NCBI RefSeq assembly: GCF_000014785.1
Contig: NC_008340.1
Span: 1,440,001-1,472,000, forward strand
Direction: 5' to 3'
DNA from: Alkalilimnicola ehrlichii MLHE-1
Lineage (GTDB): Bacteria; Pseudomonadota; Gammaproteobacteria; Nitrococcales; Halorhodospiraceae
DNA length: 32,000 nucleotides
This document shows positions 29,091 to 32,000 of this stretch, one piece after another. Numbering within the stretch: position 1 is the stretch's first letter; every line of letters starts with the position of its first letter. Position numbers and translations under genes: made by a program. Under the pieces are notes generated by a model. It had not been told where the DNA came from. It saw only the letters and a program-made list of their open reading frames with translations, and did not search any database.

Positions 29091-29197
29091 TTGAAAGGGG
29101 TAAATAACAAAGAGCAATAAACAATTAACATTATCTTTCTTTTGGTTATTCGCTGGATTTCCTAGTATTGCGCTAAGCAACGGCGCCCCGGGGCGCC
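29091..29197 (+). promoter_or_regulatory. AT-rich putative fccAB promoter/operator region with a 16-nt perfect palindrome
   Basis: TTGAAA at 29091-96, followed by ~75 nt of AT-rich sequence (AAATAACAAAGAGCAATAAACAATTAACATTATCTTTCTTTTGG). TAGTAT at 29163-68. Perfect palindrome GGCGCCCCGGGGCGCC at 29182-29197. Confidence 0.4.
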
Positions 29198-29237
29198 TGC
29201 CACCTGCAAGCTGTCTCCACTCGCCCAAACACAATCA

Positions 29238-29612
29238 ATGGAAGCGAACATGCGCGGAGTGCAAAGACCTGGTGAACGGACGGCCCATTGGGCATTGATG
29301 ACCACCCTCGCCGCCCTGTTGGGGATGGCCCTGGCGGGCGTCCCGGCCTGGGGGGCGGATGACGATGCAGTGCAGCTACGGCACAAGGAGTTGCTGGCCA
29401 GTACCTGCTTTGCCTGTCATGGCGTCGAGGGGCGTCGTGGTGAGGAGGTGCCGGCACTGGCCGGAGAATCGTTCCGGGTCCTGCGGGCGCAGTTGCTCGC
29501 CTTCCGGGAGGATGAGGTGCCGGACACCACCGTGATGAACCGGATCGCGAAGGGCTACTCGGACGAGGAGATCGAGGCGCTGGCCCGCTACTTCTCCAAT
29601 CTGGAGCGTTGA
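29238..29612 (+). CDS. fccA: Monoheme cytochrome c, flavocytochrome c sulfide dehydrogenase small subunit
   Basis: Single 'CFACH' haem site, a distal Met candidate in 'TVMNRI', and a Sec-type signal ending 'VPAWG/ADD'. It lies immediately upstream of fccB. ATG 29250, preceded by GGAAG, is an alternative start. Confidence 0.75.
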   Translation: MEANMRGVQRPGERTAHWALMTTLAALLGMALAGVPAWGADDDAVQLRHKELLASTCFACHGVEGRRGEEVPALAGESFRVLRAQLLAFREDEVPDTTVMNRIAKGYSDEEIEALARYFSNLER

Positions 29613-29660
29613 TTCATGGTCCGGTACAGCAACGACAGGCAAGACAGAAAGGAGCTATCC

Positions 29661-30974
29661 ATGGAGCAGCCTCGCATCAACCGGCGACAGGCGCTGGGCC
29701 TGCTGGGCGCCGCGGGCGCCGTTACCGCCATGACCGGCCTGGGTGTGCCGATGGCCGCGCGGGCCGGCGGCGCGGGTCACGTGGTTGTGGTGGGTGGTGG
29801 TTTCGGTGGGGCCACTGCGGCCAAGTTCCTGAAACGCTTCAATCCGGCGGTGGAGGTCACCCTGGTGGAGGCCTCTGAGCACTTTTATACCTGCCCGTTC
29901 AGCAACTGGTACCTGGGCGGAATCAAGGAGATGGCCTACATCCGCCACGGCTACGACGAGTTGCGGGAGCACTACGGCGTGCATGTGGTGCACGCCACGG
30001 CCGAGGATGTGGACGGTGATCGCCACGAGGTGCGGTTGAGCACGGGCGAGCGGCTCCGCTACGACAAGCTGGTGCTCTCGCCCGGCATCGACTTCGATTG
30101 GGACGGGCTGGCCGGCTACGACGAGGCCGCGGCAGAGAAGGCCCCGCACGCCTGGAAGGCCGGCGAGCAAAGCCGGCTGCTGCGCCGTCAGTTGGAGGCC
30201 ATGGAGGATGGTGGGCTGTTCATCCTGCGCGCCCCGGAGAACCCCTTCCGGTGTCCGCCCGGCCCGTATGAGCGGGTGAGTCTGATCGCCCACTACTTCA
30301 AGCAGCACAAGCCGCGGTCCAAGATCCTGTTGCTCGATGCCAAGGACAACTTCTCCAAGCAGCCGCTGTTTTTGGACGGCTGGGCGGAGTTTTACGGTGA
30401 CATGATCGAGTGGGTGGGCGCCTCGCAGGACGGCCGGGTGGTGGCCGTGGACGCCGACCGTCGGGAGGTGGAGACGGAGTTCGGAACCCGCCACAGGGCC
30501 GACGTGTTGAACGTGGTGCCGCCGCAGAAGGCCGGTTTCATCGCCCGCCGGGCCGGGGTGACGGACGCCAGCGGCTGGGTACCGGTCAAGCCACAGACCT
30601 TTGAGTCGACCCAGATCGAGGACATCTACGTGGTGGGTGACGCCACCATCGCGGCACCGATGCCAAAATCGGGCTTTTGTGCCAACGCCCAGGCCAAGGT
30701 GGTGGCCTCGGCCATCGTCTCCGAGTTTGCCGGGCACGCGCCGCCCCCGGCAGTCTGGAACAACACCTGCTACAGTCTCATCGCGCCAGGTTACGGTATC
30801 TCCGTGGCCGGGGTGTACAAGGTCATCGACGGCCATATTGCCGAGGTGCCCGGGTCCGGAGGCGTCAGCCCCCGGGAGGCCGATGAGGCGTTCCGCGCCA
30901 GGGAGGCGGAGTACGCCGTTAACTGGTACGAGGCCATCAGCGAAGACACCTGGGGCACCCGCTTCCGCGGTTGA
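29661..30974 (+). CDS. fccB: Flavocytochrome c sulfide dehydrogenase flavoprotein subunit
   Basis: Tat signal 'INRRQALGLLGAAGAV', FAD fold 'VVVVGGGFGGATAAK', and 'YTCPFSN', 'FRCPPGPYERV', 'KSGFCANAQ'. RBS AAAGGAG lies upstream of ATG 29661. Confidence 0.9.
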   Translation: MEQPRINRRQALGLLGAAGAVTAMTGLGVPMAARAGGAGHVVVVGGGFGGATAAKFLKRFNPAVEVTLVEASEHFYTCPFSNWYLGGIKEMAYIRHGYDELREHYGVHVVHATAEDVDGDRHEVRLSTGERLRYDKLVLSPGIDFDWDGLAGYDEAAAEKAPHAWKAGEQSRLLRRQLEAMEDGGLFILRAPENPFRCPPGPYERVSLIAHYFKQHKPRSKILLLDAKDNFSKQPLFLDGWAEFYGDMIEWVGASQDGRVVAVDADRREVETEFGTRHRADVLNVVPPQKAGFIARRAGVTDASGWVPVKPQTFESTQIEDIYVVGDATIAAPMPKSGFCANAQAKVVASAIVSEFAGHAPPPAVWNNTCYSLIAPGYGISVAGVYKVIDGHIAEVPGSGGVSPREADEAFRAREAEYAVNWYEAISEDTWGTRFRG

Positions 30975-31001
30975 CCTCCCGGGTGCGGCGCTGGGTGACA
31001 G

Positions 31002-31029
31002 CCCCGGGTGCGGGAAGGCGCACCCGGGG
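31002..31029 (+). other. Perfect 11-bp GC-rich stem-loop between fccB and the yeeE-like gene
   Basis: CCCCGGGTGCG (31002-12), loop GGAAGG, CGCACCCGGGG (31019-29). No U-tract follows. A partial direct copy of the left arm (CCCGGGTGCGG) lies at 30978-88. Confidence 0.6.
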
Positions 31030-31055
31030 CGCGTTACGTGTGGGAGGAGCATTTC

Positions 31056-32000
31056 TTGGAGGCAGTGGAGCACACGACCCTGGTCAATCTGGGCGGTCTG
31101 GTGATTGGGTTGGTTTTTGGCATCGTCGGCCGGCGGAGTGGTTTCTGCCTGACCCGGGGTCTGCAGCGCTGTTTTCAGGCCGGTGACGGTGGCAAGCTGC
31201 GCACCTTCGCGCTGGCCGTGGTCACGGCACTGGTGGGGTCGCAGCTTCTGGCCAGCCTGGGGGTGATCGATCTCGGCCGGACTCACTACCTGGCCCCGGA
31301 GTTCTCCTGGCTGCTGGTTCCGCTGGGGGGCGTGTTGTTCGGTTACGGGATGGTCATGGCCAACGGCTGTGGGGCCCGTGCCGCCGTGTTGCTGGGGGGT
31401 GGTAATCTGCGCTCTTTCGTGGTGCTGACCTGCCTCGGGGTGGCGGCGTTCATGGCACTTACCGGGGTGTTTGCCGGCTGGCGCCTGGCGCTGGCCGAGG
31501 CCACGGGGCTGCGCCTGGCCCTGGGTGCGGGGCTGCACGGCTGGCTGGCCAGCGCGGGGCTGCCGGAGCTGTTGGCGCGCTGGCTGATGGTGCTGGTGCT
31601 GGCGATTCCGCTGCTGGTCTATGTGTTCAGCGATCAGGGGTATCGCCACCGCCGCCAGGAGTGGGCGGCGGGCATCCTTGTGGGGCTTCTGGTGCCCGCT
31701 GGCTGGTGGGTCACCGGTTCCCTGGGCGCCGACGACTTCGACCCGGTACCGGTGGTCTCACTGACCTTCGTGGCGCCGATTGGCGACGGTATCCAATACC
31801 TCATGTTGGCGAGCGGTACCGATCTGAGCTTTGGTGTCACCGTGGTGGCGGGGGTATTGCTGGGTTCGCTGGCCACCGCGCTGGTGACCGGGAGCTTCCA
31901 ACTGGAGGGCTTTCCCAGCCCCCAGCGCATGCTCCGGGCTATGGGCGGAGGGGCGCTGATGGGGATTGGCGGCGCCCTGGCCCTGGGCTGTTCCATTGGC
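31056..32000 (+). CDS. YeeE/YedE-family sulfur-compound (thiosulfate-type) transporter, 3'-truncated by the window end
   Basis: My hand translation is open from TTG 31056 to the window end (315 codons), with GGGAGGAG 7 nt upstream. It is a polytopic membrane protein with conserved-Cys motifs 'SGFCLTRG', 'ANGCGAR' and 'LGCSIG'. GTG 31065 is an alternative start. It is not in the ORF track because no stop falls within the window. Confidence 0.78.
   Translation, partial: MEAVEHTTLVNLGGLVIGLVFGIVGRRSGFCLTRGLQRCFQAGDGGKLRTFALAVVTALVGSQLLASLGVIDLGRTHYLAPEFSWLLVPLGGVLFGYGMVMANGCGARAAVLLGGGNLRSFVVLTCLGVAAFMALTGVFAGWRLALAEATGLRLALGAGLHGWLASAGLPELLARWLMVLVLAIPLLVYVFSDQGYRHRRQEWAAGILVGLLVPAGWWVTGSLGADDFDPVPVVSLTFVAPIGDGIQYLMLASGTDLSFGVTVVAGVLLGSLATALVTGSFQLEGFPSPQRMLRAMGGGALMGIGGALALGCSIG

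Noticed and set aside
26750-29170. The two AT-rich islands bracketing cysI-DUF934, considered as the boundaries of a horizontally acquired cassette or mobile element.
   Set aside because: There is no integrase or transposase, no flanking tRNA, and no direct or terminal inverted repeats shared by the two islands beyond 7-nt words. cysI-DUF934 itself has the same high-GC character as its neighbours. A promoter or operator function is the simpler explanation.
28917-29234. A 105-aa minus-strand ORF in the DUF934-fccA intergenic region.
   Set aside because: It overlaps the DUF934 3' end and runs through the AT-rich promoter-like tract. It has no RBS and a Pro/Arg/Gly-rich composition, so it is likely spurious.
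29655-31649. A 664-aa minus-strand ORF, the longest in the track, spanning fccB and the yeeE-like gene.
   Set aside because: It lies antisense to two + strand genes with clear family motifs. Its product is Arg/Pro/Gly/His/Gln-rich low-complexity sequence with no recognisable motif. Long mirror-frame ORFs like this are expected in high-GC DNA.

Overview
This GC-rich window (roughly two-thirds G+C by eye) is densely packed with genes and looks like core gammaproteobacterial chromosome. I found no rRNA, tRNA, CRISPR array, transposase, integrase, phage gene or recognisable defence gene.

Gene content, in order:
- 1-9118 (+): trpF-trpB-trpA-accD-folC-dedD-like-cvpA-purF-metZ.
- 9156-19002: suhB (-), then trmJ-cysE-iscA-ndk-rlmN-pilW-rodZ-hisS-yfgM-bamB (+). 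This follows the order I recall for the suhB...der block of Pseudomonas and E. coli, but iscRSU, hscBA-fdx-iscX, ispG and der are absent.
- 19005-22413 (+): an NRDE/TANGO2-family gene, adk, a DUF2288 gene, a nicotinamidase and a gamma-glutamylcyclotransferase-like gene.
- 22451-32000: a sulfur island. It holds a tightly packed minus-strand cysH-cobA-cysD-cysN operon, then the divergent cysI-DUF934 pair, then fccA-fccB (flavocytochrome c sulfide dehydrogenase), then a YeeE/YedE-type gene that runs off the window end.

I do not see a convincing novel multi-gene system. The most interesting observations are:
- CysN ends in a decayed, truncated APS-kinase relic with no P-loop, and it sits next to an Fe-S type (APS-specific) CysH.
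- cysI is translationally coupled to DUF934 and there is no cysJ here.
- iscA is left as an orphan at the ancestral isc locus.
- An NRDE-family gene is coupled to bamB at the position where der normally lies.
- Two sharply AT-rich control regions flank the cysI-DUF934 pair.

All calls come from reading motifs and the ORF track by eye. No searches were run, and the synteny comparisons rest on remembered gene orders.
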